From Octopus sinensis (Eukaryota), in the NCBI RefSeq assembly GCF_006345805.1, contig NC_042999.1, positions 434,001 through 498,000 of the forward strand: a DNA stretch of 64,000 nucleotides, read 5' to 3'. Shown in pieces: positions 52,687-64,000 of the stretch (its first letter is position 1; each line of letters starts with the position of its first letter). Under the pieces are notes generated by a model. It ran no database searches. It was not told where the DNA came from and saw only the letters and a program-made list of their open reading frames with translations. A program made the translations under genes and the position numbers.

Positions 52687-54844
52687 AATAATATATTCTT
52701 ACAATTGTTATTAAAAAGGACCGATGTGTGTCGTTCTTCGTCGTAATTTAGAGCTCTCAGGTGTGTTTACAAATTTACACACACACGCACATGCACATAT
52801 ACACGTATACACACACAAACAGAGATACACACACATAAATATATATATGTAGGGGAGACAATATAAACGTGTGATATGAGGAAAACAGCAAATCTCGTTG
52901 CTAGATGGACACCAAACTGAACGAAAGTAAATCGGCACTAGTTAATACAGAATAAAAACTAAAATCATCACGATCTTGTTATTATGTTCTAAAAATGTGT
53001 TTCAAATAAAGAATAAACTAGAACTGCTTCTTCTTGCCTATTCGAAACATAAAAAAGGACGTACATTTTAACATTACAATGTAACGAAATGCTCTTCAAG
53101 TGTTACAGAGCTTCTAGGTATTCGATCGACATTTTGTGTAGTTGATTTCTTTTTCCAAACTTACACGGCCTTTATTTTAAATAAGAAAATTACAAAAGAA
53201 TAATATCCTGTATGAATGGCATAAACAGTGTCCAAATCTTGTGTCTCGTCTTCATTTTACCGAGAGTATAGCCTTCATTTAGTTATATATTTATTAGTTT
53301 CTGAGCGCGTGGAATTGAAAGCTGACACTATGTTAAGTATTATGTGAAACGGGTTACTTTCTGTTAAGTTGATATTCCGTGGACACCTAGTATGGAGACG
53401 ATGTTTTCTACTTCCCAGCGACTCTGTAAAATGACGGCCACATAATCGGTTGATTATCTTTCAATGTCTATTACTAGGAGAAAAGTTTGAATTATATTGC
53501 ATTCATTTCAATGATTTTACTTTGCTGTTGTTATACAAGCTGAAAGAAGAAAATGATTGAACTTATTCTGCAACATTTGCAACAAACCTAACTCAATAAC
53601 CGTGGTCTGAATACTCATTAGCTGATACAGTAGAGTGTTCTTTCGTAAAGGAATAATTACAAAGACAGGTTAATTCATATATCAATATATTGACAGAAAA
53701 TATATTGCTCTTACTATAACAATCTATGTGATCAGAATATCTGTCGGCTGCTAACCGTTATAACTATGACAAACAGAACTCAGCTTTATCAAATAATTTA
53801 AAAGTAATTTGCCATCCTAACGTGCGGCTTGTATAGATACACTCCAGAATCGACAATTGGTATTGCCTTTTCATTCGGATTTTTCTAATCCTTTGTTAAT
53901 ACAATATTGAATAATTTGATTTTGAAGACATGAAGACATGTAATTCAAAATCTTTTGTGAACAGAATATCTGTTTTGCGATGCTATAGGTACAAATAAAT
54001 ACTCTCTCTCTCTCTGTTTCTCTCTCTGTCTCTTTCCCTTCGTGCCTTTGGCATCCTATAAGATACACATAATATACAGCCATAGGTGTATTAAATTCGT
54101 TGGAGCTTGAATCTGTTTAATACTCATTAAATGAATCGTTGATGTGATAATAACTATACTGAGCTGTAACTCAATAGAAAGAACACTGAGTTAAGTTTGT
54201 GAGTGAAAAGTACTTTCTGAAAACTCTTTGGTGTATTGTAGTATTCCATTCGATATCTGGCCACAAATAAACTAGTTTGTCGCAATAACTAAATAATTTC
54301 ATTTTATCTAATTTTAGTCGATGACCGATCTTAATTGAAAATAGTAAATCAAGTTGTTGAAAGTTTGTGCCACGTTCGTCACCATTGCTGCAATATTCTA
54401 TTCTAACAAAACGAAAACAAAGCAACAAAGAAAAAACATAACAAAAAAAGAAAACGAAAACAAAATAAAAGCCCATCAAACTTCCAGTGGAGTTTAATAA
54501 TCAATATTCACCTCTTCTAGTGATCTCACATTTATAATTTAGTTAAAGCTGTCTCCAAAGAGCATTCTAAAAAAATATTGAAGACAGGTTGGTAGATATC
54601 GCCGTAATCCCTGTTTATCCCACTTGCATGTTAATAGACAAAATAATAATTAGCTGTCATTTGTTTAATGAGTCATATTCAGATAATGATAGACGAAGCG
54701 AAATTTAAGTTAATTGCGACAAAATCTTCAATATGGATTCAGGTAGAGATCTCAAAGCTACTTCAGTCAAGTCACAAAGAAATATTCCTTGTTATTCTTT
54801 GTGTCTTTTTATTATTTTAGTTTTATTTTTTAAGGTCACGAACT

Positions 54845-55030
54845 GACTAAATTGTTAACGCGTCCAAATGCTACGTGGCATTTGTTTCCGGATCTTTACG
54901 CTGTGAGTTCAAATATTTCCGAGGTCATCTTTACCTCTCATCGTTTTTGGCTTGATAACATAAACTGCCAGTCAAGTTTTGAGGTCGTGGATATCTACTG
55001 GGTTTGCACAAAGAAAGTAGCTTCCCTTGT
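54845..55030 (+). mobile_element. Degenerate SINE family C
   Basis: Diverged match. Confidence 0.55.
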
Positions 55031-55069
55031 GCTTAAACATTTAGCTTATCATTTATAAATATAGAGACG

Positions 55070-55225
55070 CAGTCATGGCTGAATGGAAAGAAATTTGCTT
55101 TCCAACTACATGGTTCCGGGTTCAGTTCCTCTGCGTAGCATTTTGGACAAGAGTCCCTTGGTATGGCTCCGGCCAACCTAAGCCTTGTGAGGAGATTTGG
55201 TAGAAGGAAACGGAAAGAAACCCTT
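55070..55225 (+). mobile_element. Degenerate SINE family D, 5' half
   Basis: ccgggttcagttcc...ttggacaag...gccttgtgaggagatttggtagaaggaaacggaaagaaacc. Confidence 0.65.
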
Positions 55226-55280
55226 CGCGTACACATACACACATATATTATTTATTTAAGGTCACATTAAATGTGTTAAA

Positions 55281-55330
55281 GCGCTTTTAAGTTTCATATG
55301 TTGAGAGAACTCAAACATATCTTCAGGCGC
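55281..55330 (-). ncRNA. Decayed hammerhead-like motif
   Basis: Minus strand: gcgc-CTGAAGA-tatgtttgag(ttct)ctcaacata-t-GAAAC-ttaaaa-gcgc; the cleavage triplet is degenerate. Confidence 0.4.
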
Positions 55331-55507
55331 AAACCACATATCACTACGAAATAAAGAAATTGAATATTCTTAGTAGAGCAATCCGTGTAGTACAAATCCA
55401 TAATAGAGTGAAACTGTAATACGTGTAATGTGACCTTAAATGAATATTGTTTATCTCTCACCAGATGGAGTACTTCTTTTCTTAAATTTTCTTCACGGAT
55501 CAGTACA

Positions 55508-55541
<34 letters not shown>

Positions 55542-55543
55542 AC

Positions 55544-55615
<72 letters not shown>

Positions 55616-55679
55616 TATATATACATATATATATATAATATATATATATATATGTATGTATGTATGTATTATAAAATTC

Positions 55680-55876
55680 AGGGTTTAGCAAAAAGTTGCT
55701 TCACCACATACCGAAAATTTAGAAATAGCAGCCTAAACTGCTAATTCTTTTAACTACAATATAACTCTACGGAGTATTGCGGTCTGTGGAGTTATATTGT
55801 AGTTAAAATAATTAGCGGTTTTGACTGCTATTTCTAAATTTTCGGTATGTGGTGAAGCAACTTTTTGCTAAACCCT
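55680..55876. mobile_element. Palindromic foldback element (~90-bp arms) in (TA)n
   Basis: agggtttagcaaaaagttgcttcaccacataccgaaaatttagaaatagcag... is mirrored on the right; a partial relative lies at ~31855-31890. Confidence 0.8.
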
Positions 55877-56055
55877 TAATTATATTTATAATTATAAAAA
55901 AAACTTTTTCTACATGTTTTTACTGATAATGTTTTTTTTTTCTATACCGAAGCTACTTGGTGAAATTTGTAAATTATTAAATTAATAATTTTTTACCCTC
56001 TATCTATCTATCTATCTATCTATCTATATATATATATATATTATATATATATCTA

Positions 56056-56119
<64 letters not shown>

Positions 56120-56120
<1 letters not shown>

Positions 56121-56677
56121 TCGATGGAGTAGTTTCTCCATGGCGCAAGCCTGGGCGGTAGAAACGAAGACACTGGGCTGCCCAGACACCAGAATCTCCC
56201 TCTCGGCCCCCCAGACATAATCCAAAGGAATGCAGTGCAGTACGTTTGGTGTCTGGTTGGCTGCAGGAGTTGCCGGAAGGGGTCGAGATTCGACACCCTA
56301 CCGCTTCGGGGCTCCACTCCGGATTTTCTGTCTGGGTTTACTCCCATAGCCTTTCCCTCTCCCAAGAGCATCCGCAAGGCAGCGGAGCGAGGGTTTGGAG
56401 TCAGAGATTTCCTTCTCCTAGACTGGCTGCCAACCAAGGCTAACGAGCCCAGTCTGCCCACCTGGTTATACCGCCAAGCACCCGGTCGCGCCACACAGCA
56501 GGCTCAGTGAGAACAGGGGGTACCGCGTGAAGGTGCTGCTGTGGACACAGTAGTGCAGGAGAGGCCATTAGCAAGAACTCTCCACAAGGCGCAGCCAGGT
56601 AGAAGTTCTGCAGCGATCATTACACCTGGAGAGGAGAGGCTATGAGAGACGCAATCACTTTCCTTTGCCCCCCCCCC
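56120..56677 (-). mobile_element. 5'UTR fragment of a second RTE family
   Basis: Minus strand aaatccggagtggagccccgaagcgg...ggcaactcctgcagccaa...acgtactgcactgca aligns with the RTE 5'UTR at ~48740-48845. Confidence 0.7.
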
Positions 56678-56921
56678 AATATATATATATATATATATTT
56701 GTAAATGTATGTGACAATTATTCGGTACACATCAGGTGGTGCTATTAAGTTAGACATGGCCTGGACCAATCTTTGGTCGAAACATATCTGAGTTATCTAA
56801 GTTATCTATACAGATAAATTCCTCTATTTACATAATATTGAGGTATCTTTCATTGTTTTGTTGTATTACCATTTCTATCAATATATACATATATATATAT
56901 ATAATATATATATATATAATA

Positions 56922-57064
<143 letters not shown>

Positions 57065-57087
57065 ATACTGATTAGAAGATCGAAAAT

Positions 57088-57130
57088 CCACCTGAAGATT
57101 GTCGGAGCAGACATGAAACATTTGTAGTGG
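57088..57130 (+). ncRNA. Type-I hammerhead-like motif with intact catalytic core
   Basis: ccac-CTGAAGA-t-tgtc(ggagca)gaca-t-GAAAC-attt-GTA-gtgg; lies between two (TA)n tracts. Confidence 0.65.
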
Positions 57131-57299
57131 CGGTTTATTTAATTTATATTAAAATTTTATGTATTGATTAAGTATTTCCTTGTTTGGTTTTAAAATAGTG
57201 GTTTTGTCTCGAATTATATTATATAATATTTTACTATAAAATTGGATTTAACCCTAAATCTGATTTTTCCCTGTAATTTTGGATTCATTCCCTAATATT

Positions 57300-57328
<29 letters not shown>

Positions 57329-57330
<2 letters not shown>

Positions 57331-57872
57331 CTAGATTGAGGAAAAAGTTCGTGTGCCATATTAAAATAATGATTATTTATGCAAGAATTTACTTAAAAAC
57401 AACATCAACTATTCTTCAAAATAAAGACCATTATTTTCCACGATATCTGCCAACGATCTGCAAGCTTTCGGATTAGGTCAAAGTACCAATCCTTTGGCAA
57501 TGAATCGAAAAATTCTTGACAGGTTTCTTCAAGCTTATCGAATGACTCAAATCAGCGCCCTTTCATAAAGTGATGCATTGATCGGAAGAGACCGTGGTCA
57601 GATGGAGTAACATCTGGACTATAGGCTCGCTGTGGCAGAACTTCCACACCGTCCAATCCTTCAGTTTTGTTGCTGGTCTTTCTGGTGGTATGCGGCTTTG
57701 CATTGTCTTGTTGAAACAAAGCGCCCTGTTCCACGAAAAATTCTTGGGTGCTTTTCAAAAGTGAGCCACCATTGAACATGACGTGAACTCAATGAACGCA
57801 CGCACCGCAAAGATATATAAATAAAAAGAATTATTGTAACACGGCGCACGAAAATTTTCCTCGACCTAATAT
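57329..57872 (-). mobile_element. Internally deleted mariner
   Basis: Imperfect TIRs (tagattgaggaaaaagttcgtgtgcc vs ggcgcacgaaaattttcctcgacctaata); LFQQDNAKPH...AYSPDVTPSDHGLFRSM. Confidence 0.85.
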
Positions 57873-58039
57873 ATATGGCAAATTAATTTATTTGCACATT
57901 GATGCACAAACTTTGGTAACTATTGAAATGATTTTACTTTTTCATTCCCTTTGAAATTACTATTGTTCGTGGTTTGGGCTTTAACTGTCCTTCCCAGCAT
58001 GTAAGGTGTCCGTGAAAGGTCACCTCCCTTGTGTATAAA

Positions 58040-58190
58040 AGCATGTAGGATTGCGGTTCCGATTCCCAGATCGGGTTTTGTAAGTGTTTATTGATCGAAA
58101 ACACCTAAAAGCCCCACGAGGCTCCGGCAGGGGGTGGTGGCGATCCCTGCTATACTCTTTTTGCCACAACTTACTCTCACTCTTTCTTCT
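58040..58190 (+). mobile_element. SINE family A fragment
   Basis: B box region and body match. Confidence 0.75.
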
Positions 58191-58290
58191 CTTAGCCTGC
58201 TCGCTTAGCCAGTCATTTGAAGGCTAAAACAATGCGAAGCGCATTGTGACCAGCGATGCGTAGCAACATCTGATGGCGTGGTCGATCACG

Positions 58291-58329
<39 letters not shown>

Positions 58330-58384
58330 GTATATGTATGTATGTATGTGTGTGCCTATGTATGTATGTATATATACGGCATAG

Positions 58385-58760
58385 TAATTCGACTCACAAG
58401 GCTTTGGTTGACCTAAGACTATAGTAATAGAACGGTGAGCTGGCAGAACTGTTAGCACGCCGGGCGAAATGCGTAGCCGTATTTCGTCTGCCGCTATGTT
58501 CTGAGTTGAAATTCGGCCGAGGTCGACTTTACCTTTCATCCTTTCGGGGTCGATAAATTAAAGTACCAGTTACGCACTGGGGTCGATATAATCGACCTGA
58601 TCCCTTTGTCTGTCCTTGTTTGTCCCCTCTATGTTTACACCCATGTGGGTAATAAAGAAACATATAGTAATAGAAGGCAGTTACTCAAGGTGCCACCCAG
58701 TGGGTCTGAACCGGAAGACATGTGTTTGGGAAGCAGACTTGTTACCAGACAACCACGGCT
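58385..58760 (-). mobile_element. SINE family D fragment disrupted by a SINE C insertion
   Basis: D sequence on both sides of the insertion. Confidence 0.75.
58433..58662 (+). mobile_element. SINE family C with 13-bp TSD
   Basis: TATAGTAATAGAA at 58420-58432 and 58663-58675. Confidence 0.9.
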
Positions 58761-59053
58761 TCTTTACTTTGATTTAACCCTCTTAACTAAAGCAGACGTT
58801 CGCTTTGATCCCTATTTCATCGTCTATTCCTGTTTCCCATTACTCTCTGCTCACCTCCCAAACCGTTTTGTTACACATCGCTTTCTTTTTTTGTTTTTTG
58901 TTCTTTGTTTTAGTCTTTCGAAATGGTCTTGACTCATAATGCGTTGCTTTTCACACACACACACACAAATAGAGAAGTGTATATAATAGTTACATACGCA
59001 CATGCATACTTACATACATGCACATATGACATATATTACTCTTACACTTTTTT

Positions 59054-59437
59054 TACTCTTTTACTTGTTTCAGTCATTTTGACTGCGGCCATGCTGGAGC
59101 ACCGCCTTTAATCGAGCAACTCGACCCCGGGACTTATTCTATCGGTCTCTTTTGCCGAACCGCTAAGTAACGGGGACATAAACACACCAGCATCAGTTGT
59201 CAAGCAATGCTAGGGGACAAACACAGACACACAAACACATACACGCATATATATATATATATATATACATATATACGACAGGCTTCTTTCAGTTTCCGTC
59301 TACCAAATCCACTCACAAGGCTTTGGTCGGCCCGAGGCTATAGTAGAAGACACATACCCAAGGTGCCACGCAGTGGGACTGAACCCGGAACCATGTGGTT
59401 GGTAAACAAGATACTTACCACACAGCTACTCCTGCGC
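59054..59437 (-). mobile_element. SINE family D, near full length
   Basis: Family match. Confidence 0.9.
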
Positions 59438-60417
59438 ATATATATATATATATATATACTTCCACAATTTCTTCATTTTTCATTGTATTTTATTTATTTT
59501 TGTATTTTGTATTTGCTCAAGTCACATGTTATTTTTTAATGCTTTTTTTACTGATTCTATTTGAAATACATTTTTTCTCATTTTGCGTTTTACATTTATT
59601 TTTATATTTTAAAAACTATTTCCCTCTTAATATACACTCTTTAACATTGGTATACATGAAAAATCAACAACAAAAAAACACATACTATGAATAACTTCCT
59701 CTTCCAAGCAACTAAAGTACCATTAAGTATGATGTGTTTTTTATCATAGATGCACTTTCGTTGACCTTTCCGGTTAACCGGTGTAAGTTTTGCAAATGTC
59801 TCACTGAAATGAACAACTACGAGTGACCAAGAGCATTAGTGGAAAATAAATGACTTTCACAGCATTGAAACTAAGTGCTTGCAGTAGTGTAACACTACAT
59901 ATCAACGACTGTTGAAACGCTTTCATTGTAAACAAGATTAATCACCTTCTGTTTGTTTTCTGCTGACAGGTCTTACCTTGCCAACCCACGCAGCTATGAA
60001 TTCTAATGGCGATTTTGAGTCAAGATAAACTTAATATTCACGGTGCCAAAACTTCAGCTGTTAACCGTTCCTGAGATTGTTTTGTGATATTAGAAAATAA
60101 ATATATCATCATTGCTTGAGAAAAGAAAAAAATAACAGGGTGATGGCGGTGAACAGTTTATTCAATAAACAGAAAACGCTTTTTAGTAATAGTTACTGAA
60201 TGGGTTAGAAGATAATACGGTTTACACAAACATTTCAATTGTCTTCTTTAGCAACATACACGTTTTCACACTCATATCAAATACTTAGTTAAAATTAGAC
60301 TCCAGTATTCCCACGCTGGGTAACGCATAAAGTAATCTCATAGGATATAATTTTGTAATTTAAATTATTTTCGTTGTGGGAGGTTTTTCTGTGGACAGGG
60401 TGTTAATTTGAGGCGCA

Positions 60418-60835
60418 ACCTATTTATTTACTACCCACAAGGGGCTAAATACAGAGAGGACAAACAAGGACAGACAAACGGATTAAGTCGATTATATCGA
60501 CCCCAGGGCGTAAGTGGTACTTATTTAATCGACCCCAAAAGGATGAAAGGCAAAGTCGACCTCGGCGGAATTTGAACTCGGAACGTAACGGCAGACGAAA
60601 TACCTATTTCTTTACTACCCACAAAGGGCTAAACACAGAGGGGACAAACAAGGATAGACAAACGGATTAAGTCGATTATATCGACCCCAGTGCGTAACTG
60701 GTACTTATTTAATCGACTCCGAAAGGTTAAAAAGCAAAGTTGACCTCGGCGGAATTTGAACTCACAACGTAACGGCAGACGAAATACGGCTACGCATTTT
60801 GCCCGGCGTGCTAACGAGTCTACCAGCTCACCGCC
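60418..60835 (-). mobile_element. SINE family C, dimeric
   Basis: Family match; recurrent junction at ~60590-60620. Confidence 0.9.
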
Positions 60836-61472
60836 CCACGGTGTGTTAATATCATTATAGCAATTGTAGTGATGTATTCAACTGTACGTCAAGATTATCT
60901 TTCCATTCATGCTGTAGTTATATACATTTCTCCATGTGTGCGCGCGTGTGTGATGAACAGAATATATATATTTGACTGTGTGAGTGTGGTGTGTGAATTT
61001 ATACTTGTAAGGGTGTATCATGTATTTGGTGTTCATCGACTAAGTTCTATCATCTCCACCACCCTTCTATCATTGCTTGTCAATTCCAGCTTTTCTAAGT
61101 AATATAAAACGTGTCTGGAGATAACAAACAAAAACCAACCAACGGTATTATTGGCGATAATCATATAACAAAAGCGAATTTTTTTATTCAAATGTCGACA
61201 TGTGAAGGCAGCCAATTAGCAGATTCCTTAGTCTCAAATAGAATGCTTTGCGGTAAACGATCCGAGTCAAACAGCTCTGATTTCAAATCCTTCTGAAGTC
61301 TACTTTCCTTTTATCATTCTTTCTAAATTGATTAATTATCATTCAACTTTTGTCTCAAATTTTGTATTGTATGCATCCGACATGCAAAAGTTCTTCGCAA
61401 TTACATACGAGAGAGAGGAATATATATATATATATATACATATATATATTATATATATATATATATATATTA

Positions 61473-61514
<42 letters not shown>

Positions 61515-61539
61515 AGACTTCGTGTGTACCGTTGCGATT

Positions 61540-61720
61540 TTTTTCCTCTGTCTTCCCTTCTCGGGATCTTTCCTTCTCCTATGTTTCCGACGAAGAGCTC
61601 CGCTCGAAACGTTGAGCCCTCCTTCTTCCCTTCTTTCCTGAGCGTCCAATAATACTATATTTGTTCCACGTCCTCGCGTTGTTGTGTTTGTTTGTGTTTT
61701 CTTGTTTGGATTAACTTTAT
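61540..61720 (+). mobile_element. Short (TA)n-embedded element with a hammerhead-like motif (same family as 40130-40560)
   Basis: CCGACGA-a-gagc(tcc)gctc-GAAAC-GTT at 61587-61613, followed by ttcctgagcg...taatac...ttccac..tcctcg as in the 40-kb copies; stem I is not paired in this copy. Confidence 0.6.
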
Positions 61721-61924
61721 ATATATATATATATATATATATACTATTTATCTATTATTTCGTACTTTATTTAGTTCTAGGTAAATGTTTTATCGTATCT
61801 TTAATTGTTTTCTATATGGTATGGTTTAAGTATATCATTGTTGAATTGTTACATGGTGGTTCTTCTCTAATTTATATAATGTATTATATATATATAATAT
61901 ATAAAACTAGTTTTAAGTATATAC

Positions 61925-62260
61925 ATGGTGGCTGTCAAATCCGTATGCGAAGTTTGTCCACCTCATGTGCCTACACCTTAGACCCATCATGGCATCTGAT
62001 GCGGCTTTTCAAACCGGATAATGTTCTGAACAGACAACCACATAGATTGCACATCCTATTTGGACCCCCAAAAGCTGCAGTTAAGTTCTGATCTTTGTGG
62101 ATCTTATAACGTCATTTGAGGCCTCCGTTAGATTTGCAAACCTTCTGGCATACACTGCATTCAAAGGTGTGCACAGACATATAGGCAGAATAGATGGTGG
62201 AAGTTCGTTTTACATAGGTTCGTAAATGAGATTTGAGCCCAGCAAAAGAAAGGCATGCAT
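61925..62260 (-). pseudogene. 3' end relic of an RTE LINE
   Basis: Minus strand MCNLCGCLFRTLSGLKSRIRCH, like the RTE C-terminal Zn finger, followed by a stop and a short UTR. Confidence 0.55.
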
Positions 62261-62302
62261 ACATGCATACATACATACATACCTACATGCATACGTACAT
62301 AT

Positions 62303-62375
<73 letters not shown>

Positions 62376-62469
62376 ATGCAAAGTAGGTTTTGAGTGACAA
62401 ATTAATCTTTCTTTAAACAATTCCTAAGCAGTACTACTGCGCTATCGGAAGTAGTTTCGCATGTTCATA

Positions 62470-62798
62470 TTAGAGGAAACCCCCTTCGGTCATGACTGAC
62501 CATGAGATTGCACCTAGAAAGTTACCCTCCGATACACAAGTCAGGGCAAGATTGTTTGTGGAAGGCCAGCAGTCGTCCATGCATACCAGCTTCCCCTCTC
62601 CACACCACTGATGTTATCCAAGGGACGATACAGCTTGGCATCTGTGATATCGCAACTCATTTCTACAGCTGAGTTAACCGGAGCAACGTGAAATAAAGTT
62701 TCTTGCTCAAGAACACCACAACAGCCCGGTCCGGGAATCGAACTCACAACCTCACGATCGTAAGCTCTACGCTCTAATCACTGAGTCATGCGCATTCA
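62470..62798 (-). mobile_element. SINE family B
   Basis: Aligns with 8592-8817 and has an extended tail. Confidence 0.82.
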
Positions 62799-63479
62799 CT
62801 GTTCATATTGCTGGAGATGTTAAAAAGGTTATGGACCAGGCGCATTATCGCCTATTTCAAGTGTAGAGGACAGATAAGTGTAGGAATGATGCCTGAATTG
62901 ACACGATTCAGCCAGGAATTTTAACCATTATCGCAATTACAGCCTCATTTTATTGTCGTAACGTTGTATCGTGTTTGAAAGAGCATTCTACTGTATCAAC
63001 TAATGGATTTTTTTACTTCAGATGACAAGTGCAGAAACAGGACTTTTACAGAAATCCAAACAGCCTAATACACAATATACTCCTGCGTGAAAGAGAATGA
63101 AAATTTAATGAGATCTGGAGACTCTCGACTCCATATTTATTTGTGATGTTCCATGTGATAAGGAATGAAATATTATGCTCTTTACAAAAACACATCCTGT
63201 ACATAATTATCGTGATACCAACAATAGTTGAACCTTTCCTTTAGAATTTTAAAAAATCCTAGATTTAGTGTGGTTCATATTCTCATTTCTATTTCAATTG
63301 TACTCGACTCAATAATATTAGATTTGTTTTTCCTCATTGCAAGATATACAACTGGGAATTGAAGAAAGAGTTCGTTCACAGTATAATGTAGGATAAATAT
63401 TAAGGCAGCCGATTGGCAGAATCGTTAGAAAGCGGAGCGTAATGCTTAGCGGCATTTCGTCCGTCCTTACGTACTTTTT

Positions 63480-63697
63480 AAAGCCTATTCGTATCTTTGG
63501 CTAAACTGCTATGTCACGGGGACGTAAACACACCAACACCGGTTGTTAAGCAGTAGTTGGGGGAAAAACACAGACACAATGACATACACACAGGCACACA
63601 TAGATATATATACATACGACGGGTTTCTTTCAGTTTCCGTCGATCAAATATACTCACAAGGCTTTGGTCGGCACGAGGCTATAATAGAAGACACTAA
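63480..63697 (-). mobile_element. SINE family D fragment
   Basis: Family match. Confidence 0.75.
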
Positions 63698-64000
63698 GGC
63701 CGCGAGCTGGCAGAAACGTTAGCAGGCCGGGCGAAATGCTTTGCGGCATTTCGTCCGCCGCTGCGTTGAGTTCAAATTCCGCCGAGGTCGACTTTACCTT
63801 TCATCCTTTCGGGGTCGATAAATTAAGTACCAGTTACGCACTGGTGTCGATGTAATCGACTTAATCCATTTATCTATCCTTGTTTGTCCTCTCTGTGTTT
63901 AGCCCCTTGTGGGTAGTAAAGATATAGGTATTTCATCCGCCGCTGCGTTCTGAGTTCAAATTCCGCCGAGGTCGACTTTGCCTTTCATCCTTTCGGGGTC
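63698..64000 (+). mobile_element. SINE family C, multimeric, cut by the window edge
   Basis: Family match; junction at ~63915-63940. Confidence 0.88.

Noticed and set aside
54171-54479. 102-aa minus ORF with a strong acceptor at ~54405
   Set aside because: No recognisable homology and no convincing donor.
63005-63090. Strong acceptor followed by ATG (MTSAETGLL...)
   Set aside because: All frames stop within 23 codons and there is no good donor.

Overview
AT-rich, repeat-dominated eukaryotic DNA, probably intronic or intergenic. The SINE families, the very dense (TA)n/(TATG)n/(TATC)n microsatellites and the RTE and mariner content look most like an octopus genome; this is my recognition, not a database result. 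I found no confident host gene, rRNA, true tRNA gene or CRISPR array, and most ORFs in the track are translations of microsatellites. Supported content: (1) a near full-length RTE-clade LINE at ~48.6-52.5 kb with APE endonuclease, a 632-codon RT ORF and a C-terminal Zn finger, plus three RTE relics; (2) a full-length dead mariner at 43457-44742 and five Tc1/mariner fragments; (3) a Penelope GIY-YIG fragment; (4) about 35 copies of four tRNA-derived SINE families, which I label A-D; (5) MITE/foldback elements and a HINE-like Helentron derivative; (6) a homogeneous 45-bp minisatellite. The most unusual signals are about seven dispersed minimal type-I hammerhead-ribozyme-like motifs, several in short elements embedded in (TA)n tracts and some with recurrent non-canonical cores, and a partial HDV-like ribozyme fold at the 5' end of an RTE fragment. 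All RNA folds were paired by eye.
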